DNA from: a virus
Lineage: Duplodnaviria > Caudoviricetes
Virus record (IMG/VR): IMGVR_UViG_3300033067_000113
Span: 9,199 to 73,198 of that record
Length of the DNA stretch: 64,000 bases
Reading direction: 5' to 3' (one strand)
Within the stretch, counting starts at the first letter, position 1. Each line of letters begins with the position of its first letter. Below are positions 36,907 to 44,480 of the stretch, in pieces. A program made the translations under genes and the position numbers. Under the pieces are notes generated by a model. The model saw nothing but the letters and a program-made list of their open reading frames with translations, ran no database searches and was not told where the DNA came from.

Positions 36907-36923
36907 TTGCATAGGATAAGAAC

Positions 36924-37997
36924 ATGAAGATATATGAAATAATCGCGGAAAGTAATCAGGTAGATGAAGGTGTTGCTAGTGCTTTAGGTAAAGGATTAGC
37001 ATGGGCTGGTGGTAAACTGGCTAGTTCTGACATTACTAAAAAAGCAGTTGCGGATCTTGCCGCTGAATATGCTAAACGAGCTATGGCTATTCAACGAGCT
37101 GGAAAAACTGTTCCTCCAGTTAGTGCAAAGTTTATTAAAAATAATGCGCCTAAAGATGCTAAACGATTATTATCTGATCCTAAGTATATTGCAATGATCC
37201 AAAAAGAAGGTGACAAGATTATGCGAAATGCTAACTTGTCTGCTGTAGCTGGTAAAGTTGGCTTGTCAAATCTTGTAAAGGGTTCTAAGTGGGATATTAC
37301 TAAAGCAGTTGGCAGTAAGTTGGTAAAACTCTATTCAACTTGGCAAGTTATCGGCATGTTCAGAGACTATAACTCAAATGTTAATGCATGGGATGCAGAA
37401 CTACAGAAACAACTAGCCGCTGGCAAAATTACACAAGAGCAATATCAAGCACAGCTTGATCATATCCGTAAAACTGAAATGGGATTACTGGTTACTAAAG
37501 TAGGAGCTGGTCTACTTGGCAGTGCTATCGTTCGAGGCACAGTTGCACCAGTTGCAGGCTTGCTTAAACTAATTCCACTAACTGCGCCAATTGGATCTAT
37601 TATTTCTGGTCTAGGTGCCGCAGGCAGTGCGTATCTATACACTAAATTAAATTCTAAAGAAGGTAGCGAAGCAGTTGCTAGTGTTATGGTTGGTAATGCG
37701 TTAGGCGATGCTGCCACTTCTGCTATTGGTGGGACAGTAACTAACGCAATAGATTGGCTAACTGGTACTGCTAAAGAAGCCGCTGAAGTAGACAAACAAC
37801 CAGCTCAAGGTGGCCAAGGCGCTAGTCAAACCCCAGTTAATGCGCCGGGACAACAACTAGCTAAACCTGCTGCTCAACCAGCGGCCGTTCCTACAGCACC
37901 GACAATGCCGGGCAATAATATAACTGCTAGAGGAGATTTAGATACTCCGGCAGGCTACACTAGAGATGCCGCAGGTAATTTAATCTACGGAAATTAA
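36924..37997 (+). CDS. Hypothetical late protein, possible internal head / ejected protein
   Basis: 357 aa with late promoter and RBS. N-terminus MKIYEIIAES, a basic N-half, Gly/Ala-rich hydrophobic helices and a Pro/Gln/Ala-rich tail. Confidence 0.6.
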   Translation: MKIYEIIAESNQVDEGVASALGKGLAWAGGKLASSDITKKAVADLAAEYAKRAMAIQRAGKTVPPVSAKFIKNNAPKDAKRLLSDPKYIAMIQKEGDKIMRNANLSAVAGKVGLSNLVKGSKWDITKAVGSKLVKLYSTWQVIGMFRDYNSNVNAWDAELQKQLAAGKITQEQYQAQLDHIRKTEMGLLVTKVGAGLLGSAIVRGTVAPVAGLLKLIPLTAPIGSIISGLGAAGSAYLYTKLNSKEGSEAVASVMVGNALGDAATSAIGGTVTNAIDWLTGTAKEAAEVDKQPAQGGQGASQTPVNAPGQQLAKPAAQPAAVPTAPTMPGNNITARGDLDTPAGYTRDAAGNLIYGN

Positions 37998-38233
37998 AAC
38001 CACGGTAGTTGAGTTTCTTTAGTAGTTTCTAAGTTATCTTCAATTACCGCATACATTGCGTCACGGTCTTCGCTAGAATAAAAATGTAAGAGTTCCTGCA
38101 TAGATACACCTCCACGCATAAACCAGCTAATTCTAGCTAGTTCTTTTTTAAAATCCTTAATTTGTTGATCTAGCCCAACTAGATACTCTTCAATTTCTTC
38201 GTTAGATAATTTAGTTAGGCGCTGGCGAAAAAA
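37994..38233 (-). CDS. -1 frameshift extension (GT-like) of the tail/hub assembly chaperone; not in ORF track
   Basis: The -1 frame after U_UUU_UUC reads RQRLTKLSNEEIEEYLVGLDQQIKDFKKELARISWFMRGGVSMQELLHFYSSEDRDAMYAVIEDNLETTKETQLPWF* (77 aa, TAA at 37996-37994). No ATG/GTG/TTG occurs before the internal Met. Confidence 0.75.
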   Translation of the reverse strand, partial: FFRQRLTKLSNEEIEEYLVGLDQQIKDFKKELARISWFMRGGVSMQELLHFYSSEDRDAMYAVIEDNLETTKETQLPWF

Positions 38234-39042
38234 CTTGAGTTGTCCATCTCAATAGTGATACTAGATTGATGCCCGCACTCAGGACATTCAACTGGGTGTG
38301 TTGGACTTTCCCATTCGGCTCTTACCTTGGCTAAGTGTTCTTTGATAGCATCAAAGATAACCTTATCGCAGTTTTCCAACCACTCGTTAATATAAGTTCT
38401 TTCAGATACTACAGTATTACCTACTTCTACACTTTCAATACTTGTGGATAGTGCTTCGTTTTGAACTAGGGCAATGTCTTTGAATAAAGCATTCATAAGT
38501 TCTGCTCGTTCTTTGTCGTCTTCAATCTTGTCCGCTTGTCTAATGCGTTGTTGAAGCTGTGCGTTTTTAATTGAGAACTCAGTAATTTGTTTATAGGTTA
38601 ATGGTTGTAGTTTAACTACTAGATCTTTTAAAACAATCTTGTTGTCATACTTACAATTGGTATAGTGATCGATTAGTTTAGATAATTCTAATGTGTAGTC
38701 GTTAACTGTTTTGCAACCTGGGCACACATGTTCCACTTCCATAAGGTTACCAAATGTAGCAATACGGATAGCAGTGAGAATTAAGTCAACATCTAAGTTG
38801 CTAACATCCCATCCGTTTTTAATCACAGGGCAACAGCTTTCAATAACCTTAACTGTAGTCTCACCTGAGTACAACGCATCAGGTGTTTTGATCAGTATTT
38901 CATCCATGCCGGTCATTCCGTACACAGGCATGTTCTCCACAGGCCCTTGTAGTGTACCTGGCTGGTTAAATGCACCTTTTGACGGTAAACTAATGTAGAT
39001 CTTAGGTTGTCTAAAGAACTGTTGTAATGGGTTTTGTGACAT
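38215..39042 (-). CDS. Baseplate hub / tape-measure assembly chaperone, gp26-like
   Basis: 275 aa with RQPKIYISLPS.G...PVYGMTGMDEILIKTPDAL.SG...DLILTAIRIATFG and two CxxC pairs (CPGC, CPEC). Divergent from the tape-measure-like gene. Confidence 0.7.
   Translation of the reverse strand: MSQNPLQQFFRQPKIYISLPSKGAFNQPGTLQGPVENMPVYGMTGMDEILIKTPDALYSGETTVKVIESCCPVIKNGWDVSNLDVDLILTAIRIATFGNLMEVEHVCPGCKTVNDYTLELSKLIDHYTNCKYDNKIVLKDLVVKLQPLTYKQITEFSIKNAQLQQRIRQADKIEDDKERAELMNALFKDIALVQNEALSTSIESVEVGNTVVSERTYINEWLENCDKVIFDAIKEHLAKVRAEWESPTHPVECPECGHQSSITIEMDNSSFFASA
38227..38233 (-). other. Slippery heptamer U UUU UUC (programmed -1 frameshift site)
   Basis: Minus strand reads AGT TTT TTC GCC AGC GCC TAA, a correctly phased X XXY YYZ heptamer three codons before the stop. 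Confidence 0.7.
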
Positions 39043-39055
39043 ATCGCACTCCGGA

Positions 39056-39061
39056 TAAATA
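39056..39061 (+). promoter_or_regulatory. Late promoter (TAAATA) for the tape-measure/portal operon
   Basis: ggaTAAATAtat, 41 nt upstream of ATG 39103. Confidence 0.7.
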
Positions 39062-39069
39062 TATAATAG

Positions 39070-39077
39070 TATTTATA
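39070..39077 (-). promoter_or_regulatory. Late promoter (full T4 consensus TATAAATA) for the gp26-like gene
   Basis: Plus-strand tatttata equals minus-strand TATAAATA. GGAG Shine-Dalgarno (plus ctcc 39049-52) precedes ATG 39042. Confidence 0.75.
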
Positions 39078-39102
39078 TACGCATTTTATTGGTGGAATTT
39101 AT

Positions 39103-40872
39103 ATGGCAGTTGAAAACGGCGCAGAGTTTATATCCTTCTTAGGAACGGCAGCAACCGGTCTGGGCAAACTTGCGACAGGTACTGCTGACCTTGGCACAGC
39201 TATGGGAGTAGCTACTAGTTCGCTTAAACTAATTCCTGGCGTAGGCGATGGCTTGAGCAAGCTAGCAGGCGGAACTGCTGAGTATACCATGGCTGTTAAT
39301 AAAGCTGCCAATGCTGGCTCTAATTACGGTACAGCAATGGCTAATAATGTTGGACAGTTGCAAGAATTGACTAAAAATTCTCGCATGACACTGGATGACT
39401 ACAACAGAATTTTAGCTCAGAACTCTGTTGGCATGAGCGGCATGGGTAAAAACATGGACGAGTCTGCCAAACGATTTTTACAGTTTGGTGCTATTTTACA
39501 AGAGTCTAATGTTGCAGAGAATTTAAAGAAAGCAGGTGTTAGCGAAAAAGATTTTAATGACTTACTGGCTATTTCTATGACTAATCGTAGAACATTAGAC
39601 ATGAATGATTCAAAAGCTAAACAGGCTGCAATTGAAGGAACAATGCAACTAGCTCAACAGATGGACGAAATTGCTAGAGTCACTGGTAAGAGTGCAGAAG
39701 CCCAGCGCAAAGATTTAGCAACTAGTTTAGCAAGAGCTGATGTTCAAGCTGAATTGCTAGGCATGTCAGATGCACAGCGCACTGAATACATGAAAATGAA
39801 AGCAGCCGTTGGCCCGCTTGGCGAATCAATCGGTAGTCTTGCAGATGAAATCGCAACTGGCGGTGTTAGAACTAAAGAAGGTTCAGCTAAGTTTGCTGCC
39901 TTAGGTCCAGCAGGTGCTGATTTTGAAAAAGCAGTACTAGCAAGCAAAAATGCTGTGACGCAACGAGAGAAGGACGAAGCCGCTGCCGCAATGGAACGAG
40001 CTAAAGTTCGAATCACTGAATATCAAACAAGTAAAGAATTTAGAGACCAAGTTAAGTATGACACAACTGCTACTGGTGATGCAGCTCGTAAGCAGTTCCA
40101 AGAAAACGCAACTATTAACTCTCAACTTGCCGCAATTAGAAATGACGGTATTAAGACTGAGAAAGAATTAATTGACGCAAAGAAAGACGCTGCTAAGAAA
40201 AGCGTAGAAGGTAAAGATCCAACTACTGGAAAAGTAGATCCAGGTAGTGTAGTAGGGCAAGGATTAAACAAAGCAGAAATGGCCATGCAAGCGACTGTAG
40301 CGGCTGTTGGCGGGCAAATTAAAAAGCTCGGTGATGAAGCTGGTGCAGCCGCAGCCAATGTAGGATTGCTTGCTAAAATTCCAACTACTAGAGCACAGGT
40401 TGAAAAAACTGGTGGCGATCTTATTAACAAAGTGACTGGTGCTAAAACAACTCCGCCGTCTACTGTAGGTTACACTCCGGGCGCACAGCCGGTAAGTAGA
40501 GCAGAAGGCTCATTAGGATCAGTTGGTAAGCTAATTGAAGATTTTGGTAAAGGTACTCCGGCAGTGTTGCACGGTAAAGAAGGTGTTGTTACTGAGAATC
40601 AATTAAACGGTATTATTGCTCAAATTAAATCAGCGGCACAAGCAGAAGCTAGCAAAGTATCAGAAAGCGCTGCATCCAAAGTATCGACGACATCTACAGC
40701 AGAACCAGCTGTAGCAAGCAATAATTCATCCATGACTGAACTAGCGACCCAGCTAAGTCAGTTAAATAAGATGATGGGACAATTAGTATTTTATTCTGAA
40801 CAAACAGCCGAGAATACAGGCTCACAGATTAAAGCTACTAAAGGTTTGTCTGGTAATAGATTGGCCTTCTAA
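39103..40872 (+). CDS. Tape-measure-like protein (gp29 analogue)
   Basis: 589 aa, Ala/Gln/Lys-rich and predicted helical, with C-terminal motif EDFGKGTPAVLHGKEGVV. Adjacent to the frameshifted chaperone. Confidence 0.6.
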   Translation: MAVENGAEFISFLGTAATGLGKLATGTADLGTAMGVATSSLKLIPGVGDGLSKLAGGTAEYTMAVNKAANAGSNYGTAMANNVGQLQELTKNSRMTLDDYNRILAQNSVGMSGMGKNMDESAKRFLQFGAILQESNVAENLKKAGVSEKDFNDLLAISMTNRRTLDMNDSKAKQAAIEGTMQLAQQMDEIARVTGKSAEAQRKDLATSLARADVQAELLGMSDAQRTEYMKMKAAVGPLGESIGSLADEIATGGVRTKEGSAKFAALGPAGADFEKAVLASKNAVTQREKDEAAAAMERAKVRITEYQTSKEFRDQVKYDTTATGDAARKQFQENATINSQLAAIRNDGIKTEKELIDAKKDAAKKSVEGKDPTTGKVDPGSVVGQGLNKAEMAMQATVAAVGGQIKKLGDEAGAAAANVGLLAKIPTTRAQVEKTGGDLINKVTGAKTTPPSTVGYTPGAQPVSRAEGSLGSVGKLIEDFGKGTPAVLHGKEGVVTENQLNGIIAQIKSAAQAEASKVSESAASKVSTTSTAEPAVASNNSSMTELATQLSQLNKMMGQLVFYSEQTAENTGSQIKATKGLSGNRLAF

Positions 40873-40892
40873 ATCAAGGATTAACAAACAAC

Positions 40893-42623
40893 ATGAGTTG
40901 GAAAAAGTATTTTACCCCAGTACCTGTGAATAATTCACCAAGTCTACTGCCCGGCGCAAACACGGGAGCAAGACCAGGTCCTGCCCAGACAAACTATTCA
41001 AGTTACCTACCTGACATTTATACAGGTAGCCCAAACAGAATTGACAGATATCAGCAGTATGAAGTTATGGACAGCGATCCAGAAGTTAATGCAGCCTTGG
41101 ATATTTTAGCAGAGTTCTGCACACAAAAAGAAAAGAGTGGCAAAAGTCCATTTACAGTACAATGGCGCAGTAAGGCAACTAACAGCGAAATTCGTATTCT
41201 AGGCGAATACTTGCAACAATGGTCACGCTTGCAAAAGTTTGACACACGCATCTTCCGCATCATGCGAAATGTATTCAAGTACGGTGATGCTTTCTTTATT
41301 CGTGATCCAGAAACACAAAAGTGGTCTTATGTAGACCCAAGTAAAGTAGTTAAGATTATTGTTAACGAAAGTGACGGCAAGAAGCCAGAGCAATTTATCG
41401 TTAAAGATCTAGCACCTAACTTTGAAAACTTAGTTGCTACACAAATTACAGCCAACATTAATCCTAGAAACAACGGTGGTGGAACAATTCCAACTAGCGG
41501 CGCATTAGGTGCTAGCGGGGTACAGAAGACAGGTGGTAGTGGTTTCTCTAACACATCAACTGGTTCACGCTTTGGTATGAGTGAACAAGAACATGCAATC
41601 AATGCAGAGCATGTTGTACACTTATCACTATCAGAAGGGTTAGATAACAACTTCCCATTTGGTAACAGCTTGTTAGAAAACATTTTTAAAGTATACAAGC
41701 AAAAAGAATTGCTAGAAGATGCGATTCTAATTTATCGTATACAGCGAGCTCCTGAACGCAGAGTATTCCATATTGACGTCGGTAACATGCCAAGCCACAT
41801 GGCTATGGCATTCGTTGAAAGAGTTAAAAACGAAATTCATCAACGCCGTATTCCAAGCCAAACTGGCGGCGGACAGAACGTCATTGACTCAGCATACAAT
41901 CCTTTGTCAATTAACGAAGACTACTTCTTCCCAACAACAGCAGAAGGTCGTGGGTCTAAAGTTGAAACATTGCCAGGTGGTACTAACCTAGGCGAAATTG
42001 ATGACTTGAAATACTTTACAAACAAGCTATTCCGTGGCTTGCGTATTCCATCAAGCTACTTGCCAACTGGCGCAGATGACTCACAAGCATCGTTTAACGA
42101 CGGTCGTGTAGGTACTGCGTACATCCAAGAATTACGATTTAACAAGTATTGCGAGCGTTTACAAAGTCTTATCACATCAGTATTTGACGAAGAATTTAAG
42201 ATGTTTATGTACTCAAAAGGCGTAAACATTGATGCAAACTTATTTGAATTGAAGTTTAATCCTCCTTTAAACTTTGCAAGTGCAAGACAAAGTGGCTTAG
42301 ACAGCGAGCGTATTAATACATTTAATACTATTCAAGCTGTCCCATATATGTCTAAACGATTTGCATTGAAGCGTTTCCTAGGCTTGTCAGACGATGAAGT
42401 TGCAGAAAACGAACGCATGTGGGGTGAAGAACAAGGTGAAGGCCAACCTACTAATACAGATGCCGCCGGTGAATTGAGATCTGCAGGACTAAGCGCCGCA
42501 GGTATTGAAGGCGACTTAGGTATGGCAGGTGACTTGTCTGCACCAGAAGATATGGGCGATGAAGAAGGTGTTGCACCAGTTGCTCCATCAGGTGGCGCAC
42601 CAGCCGCTCCTCCAGCAGCCTAA
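40893..42623 (+). CDS. gp20: Portal protein, gp20-like
   Basis: KQKELLEDAILIYRIQRAPERRVFHIDVGNMP, EDYFFP...EGRGSKVETLPGG.NLGEIDDLKYF..KLFRGLRIPSSYL and ELRFNKYCERLQ are T4 gp20 motifs. Confidence 0.95.
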   Translation: MSWKKYFTPVPVNNSPSLLPGANTGARPGPAQTNYSSYLPDIYTGSPNRIDRYQQYEVMDSDPEVNAALDILAEFCTQKEKSGKSPFTVQWRSKATNSEIRILGEYLQQWSRLQKFDTRIFRIMRNVFKYGDAFFIRDPETQKWSYVDPSKVVKIIVNESDGKKPEQFIVKDLAPNFENLVATQITANINPRNNGGGTIPTSGALGASGVQKTGGSGFSNTSTGSRFGMSEQEHAINAEHVVHLSLSEGLDNNFPFGNSLLENIFKVYKQKELLEDAILIYRIQRAPERRVFHIDVGNMPSHMAMAFVERVKNEIHQRRIPSQTGGGQNVIDSAYNPLSINEDYFFPTTAEGRGSKVETLPGGTNLGEIDDLKYFTNKLFRGLRIPSSYLPTGADDSQASFNDGRVGTAYIQELRFNKYCERLQSLITSVFDEEFKMFMYSKGVNIDANLFELKFNPPLNFASARQSGLDSERINTFNTIQAVPYMSKRFALKRFLGLSDDEVAENERMWGEEQGEGQPTNTDAAGELRSAGLSAAGIEGDLGMAGDLSAPEDMGDEEGVAPVAPSGGAPAAPPAA

Positions 42624-42625
42624 GC

Positions 42626-42631
42626 TAAATA
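42626..42631 (+). promoter_or_regulatory. Late promoter (TAAATA), probably giving a leaderless mRNA
   Basis: agcTAAATAcatcATG(42636), with no Shine-Dalgarno. Confidence 0.65.
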
Positions 42632-42635
42632 CATC

Positions 42636-42875
42636 ATGATCCTAAGAGAATTGTTTTATATAGACCCAGATACAAGAGCGCAGGCTAACGACATGCGCTA
42701 TTCTGCTGGCCATGATTCGTCTATAATGAAAAGATCAGATACAAGAAAGACTAGATTAACACTAGGACAAATTAATGAATTAAGAAAAGCAAGTGAAGCA
42801 CACATATTAGATCAAGAAAGTGAATTAGCTTTTATTACTAAGATGTATGCAACCCCAGCGGCACCTGCGGCATAA
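42636..42875 (+). CDS. Small head-module protein (79 aa)
   Basis: Lies between portal and core genes and has its own late promoter. MILRELFY...DTRKTRLTLGQINELRK. Confidence 0.7.
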   Translation: MILRELFYIDPDTRAQANDMRYSAGHDSSIMKRSDTRKTRLTLGQINELRKASEAHILDQESELAFITKMYATPAAPAA

Positions 42876-42878
42876 ATA
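42873..42878 (+). promoter_or_regulatory. Late promoter (TAAATA), first of a tandem pair
   Basis: gcaTAAATAttcc, overlapping the TAA stop of 42636..42875. Confidence 0.5.
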
Positions 42879-42941
42879 TTCCATTAAATCACAAAACGAG
42901 GCGTTTTTGTGGTATTATCATACACTTTTTAAACTCTAGTG

Positions 42942-42947
42942 TAAATA
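42942..42947 (+). promoter_or_regulatory. Late promoter (TAAATA) for the core/protease/capsid operon
   Basis: gtgTAAATAtta, followed by AGGAGA and ATG 42983. Confidence 0.7.
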
Positions 42948-42982
42948 TTACACAGCCTTGTAATCAATCATAGGAGAAAAAC

Positions 42983-43816
42983 ATGACTGACCGTACACAA
43001 TTTGAAGCCATGCTTGAGGCATTGATCAATGAAGATCAAGAAACAGCAAAAGAGATTTTCCATAATATCGTAGTTGCAAAAAGCCGCGAAATTTATGAAG
43101 AGTTATTAGAATCTGATTTTAGTATTTCTGAAGAGGAAGAAGAAGAAGATATGGAAGAAGCCTTTGGTGAAGAAGAAGGCGGAGAAGAAGAAGCACCTGC
43201 TGATGACGAAGGTTCAGAAGAAGGCGAAGGCGGCGAAGATGAATTCGGCGGCGACGACATGGGTGGCGAAGAAGAAGGTGAAGACCTAAGTGATGACGAG
43301 CAGACAGATCGTATTTTAGATCTAGAAGACGCATTAGAAGAACTAAAAGCAGAATTTGAACAATTAATGGCTGGTGAAGAATCTGAGCCAGAACACGCAG
43401 ATATGTTTGGTGGCGACGAAATGGGCGCTGGCGACATGGGTGGCGATCTAGAGTCTGAATTAGACGAACTAGGCCAACCAGTATTTGAATATGTAAACAA
43501 AGTATCATTACCTAAGCATGGTGACAACGGTGTAAACGCTAAGTCAATCGTAGCTAAGAAGAACGACATGGGCGGTACAACTGCTAATATCGTTAAAGGT
43601 GGTACAAGTGAAACAGGTGGCACAAAAGGTGGTTTACTAAACCCAGCTACTAAAGAAGACAACGCAGGCAACATCAACAAGCCAGGCGCAAATGCAGGTA
43701 AGACAGCTTTTAAGAAGCGTGAACCAGGTCATGGCGCTGAGAAGAAAGGTGCTGCACCACAAGAAGACAAGAGCGCAGGTAGCCCATTAAACGGCGCACC
43801 AGGCCGCGCTAAGTAA
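42983..43816 (+). CDS. Acidic prohead core protein (gp67/gp68-like position)
   Basis: 277 aa with very long Glu/Asp/Gly runs, between portal and protease as for the T4 core proteins. Confidence 0.65.
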   Translation: MTDRTQFEAMLEALINEDQETAKEIFHNIVVAKSREIYEELLESDFSISEEEEEEDMEEAFGEEEGGEEEAPADDEGSEEGEGGEDEFGGDDMGGEEEGEDLSDDEQTDRILDLEDALEELKAEFEQLMAGEESEPEHADMFGGDEMGAGDMGGDLESELDELGQPVFEYVNKVSLPKHGDNGVNAKSIVAKKNDMGGTTANIVKGGTSETGGTKGGLLNPATKEDNAGNINKPGANAGKTAFKKREPGHGAEKKGAAPQEDKSAGSPLNGAPGRAK

Positions 43817-43837
43817 TAAGAAGAGTACATAGATAAT

Positions 43838-44467
43838 ATGTCACTATACCTCCGAGAGAATCTCAGTTTCAACGAAGCAAAAATGGTCGTTGAGTCTGAT
43901 GACAAAGAAGGAAAAAACTTATACATGTCCGGGATTTGTATCCAGGGCGGTATTCGTAACGCTAACCAGCGTGTTTATCCTGTTAATGAGATTGGCAAGG
44001 CTGTTAAGACCCTTAACGATCAGATTCAAAATGGCTATTCAGTTCTCGGAGAAGTAGATCATCCAGATGATCTAAAAATTAACCTGGACCGTGTTTCCCA
44101 TATGATCGTTAATATGTGGATGGACGGCCCTAACGGTTACGGTAAACTGAAAATTTTACCAACCCCTATGGGACAACTAATTCGCACAATGCTGGAAAGC
44201 GGCGTGAAGTTAGGCGTGTCAAGTCGCGGATCCGGGAACGTCAAAGATGACGGTTCCGGTGAAGTGTCAGATTTTGAGATTATCACAGTAGATATGGTAG
44301 CTCAACCTAGTGCTCCGGGAGCATATCCAACACCAATTTATGAACACCTGATGAATAATCGTGGTGGTTATAATGCCTTGCGTATAGCGCAAGAGGTGAA
44401 GGGTGACCCGAAGGCACAGAAATATCTCAAAGAGAGCCTATTAGGAATAATTGGCAAACTCCAATAA
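43838..44467 (+). CDS. gp21: Prohead protease, gp21-like
   Basis: YMSGICIQGGIRNANQRVYP, LGEVDHP, INLDRVSH, LGVSSRGSG, DMVAQPSAPGAY. Confidence 0.95.
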   Translation: MSLYLRENLSFNEAKMVVESDDKEGKNLYMSGICIQGGIRNANQRVYPVNEIGKAVKTLNDQIQNGYSVLGEVDHPDDLKINLDRVSHMIVNMWMDGPNGYGKLKILPTPMGQLIRTMLESGVKLGVSSRGSGNVKDDGSGEVSDFEIITVDMVAQPSAPGAYPTPIYEHLMNNRGGYNALRIAQEVKGDPKAQKYLKESLLGIIGKLQ

Positions 44468-44480
44468 CAAGGAGAATCAC

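Noticed and set aside
36414-36923. Group I/II intron, tRNA, tmRNA or RNase P identity for the non-coding gap
   Set aside because: It does not interrupt a gene: both flanking ORFs are complete and the downstream one has its own promoter and RBS. No group II domain V, tRNA cloverleaf/TTCGA, tmRNA acceptor ends or RNase P GAGGAAAGTCC motif was seen. The gatccgcag stretch resembles group I element Q only weakly. An Rfam scan is still needed.
36414-36923. CRISPR or mini-array, or DGR template repeat
   Set aside because: There are no regularly spaced direct repeats, no cas or reverse-transcriptase gene in the window, and no visible similarity to the 3' end of any fibre gene.
43810-43815. TAAGTA as a variant late promoter for the protease gene
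   Set aside because: It overlaps the upstream stop codon in an AT-rich spacer and is the only instance of this variant, so chance cannot be excluded.
44451-44480. ORF-track start of the scaffold gene at 44451 (and of gp47 at 32742)
   Set aside because: These upstream ATGs lack a Shine-Dalgarno. The SD motifs (AAGGAGA; GAGGA) point to 44481 and GTG 32757.
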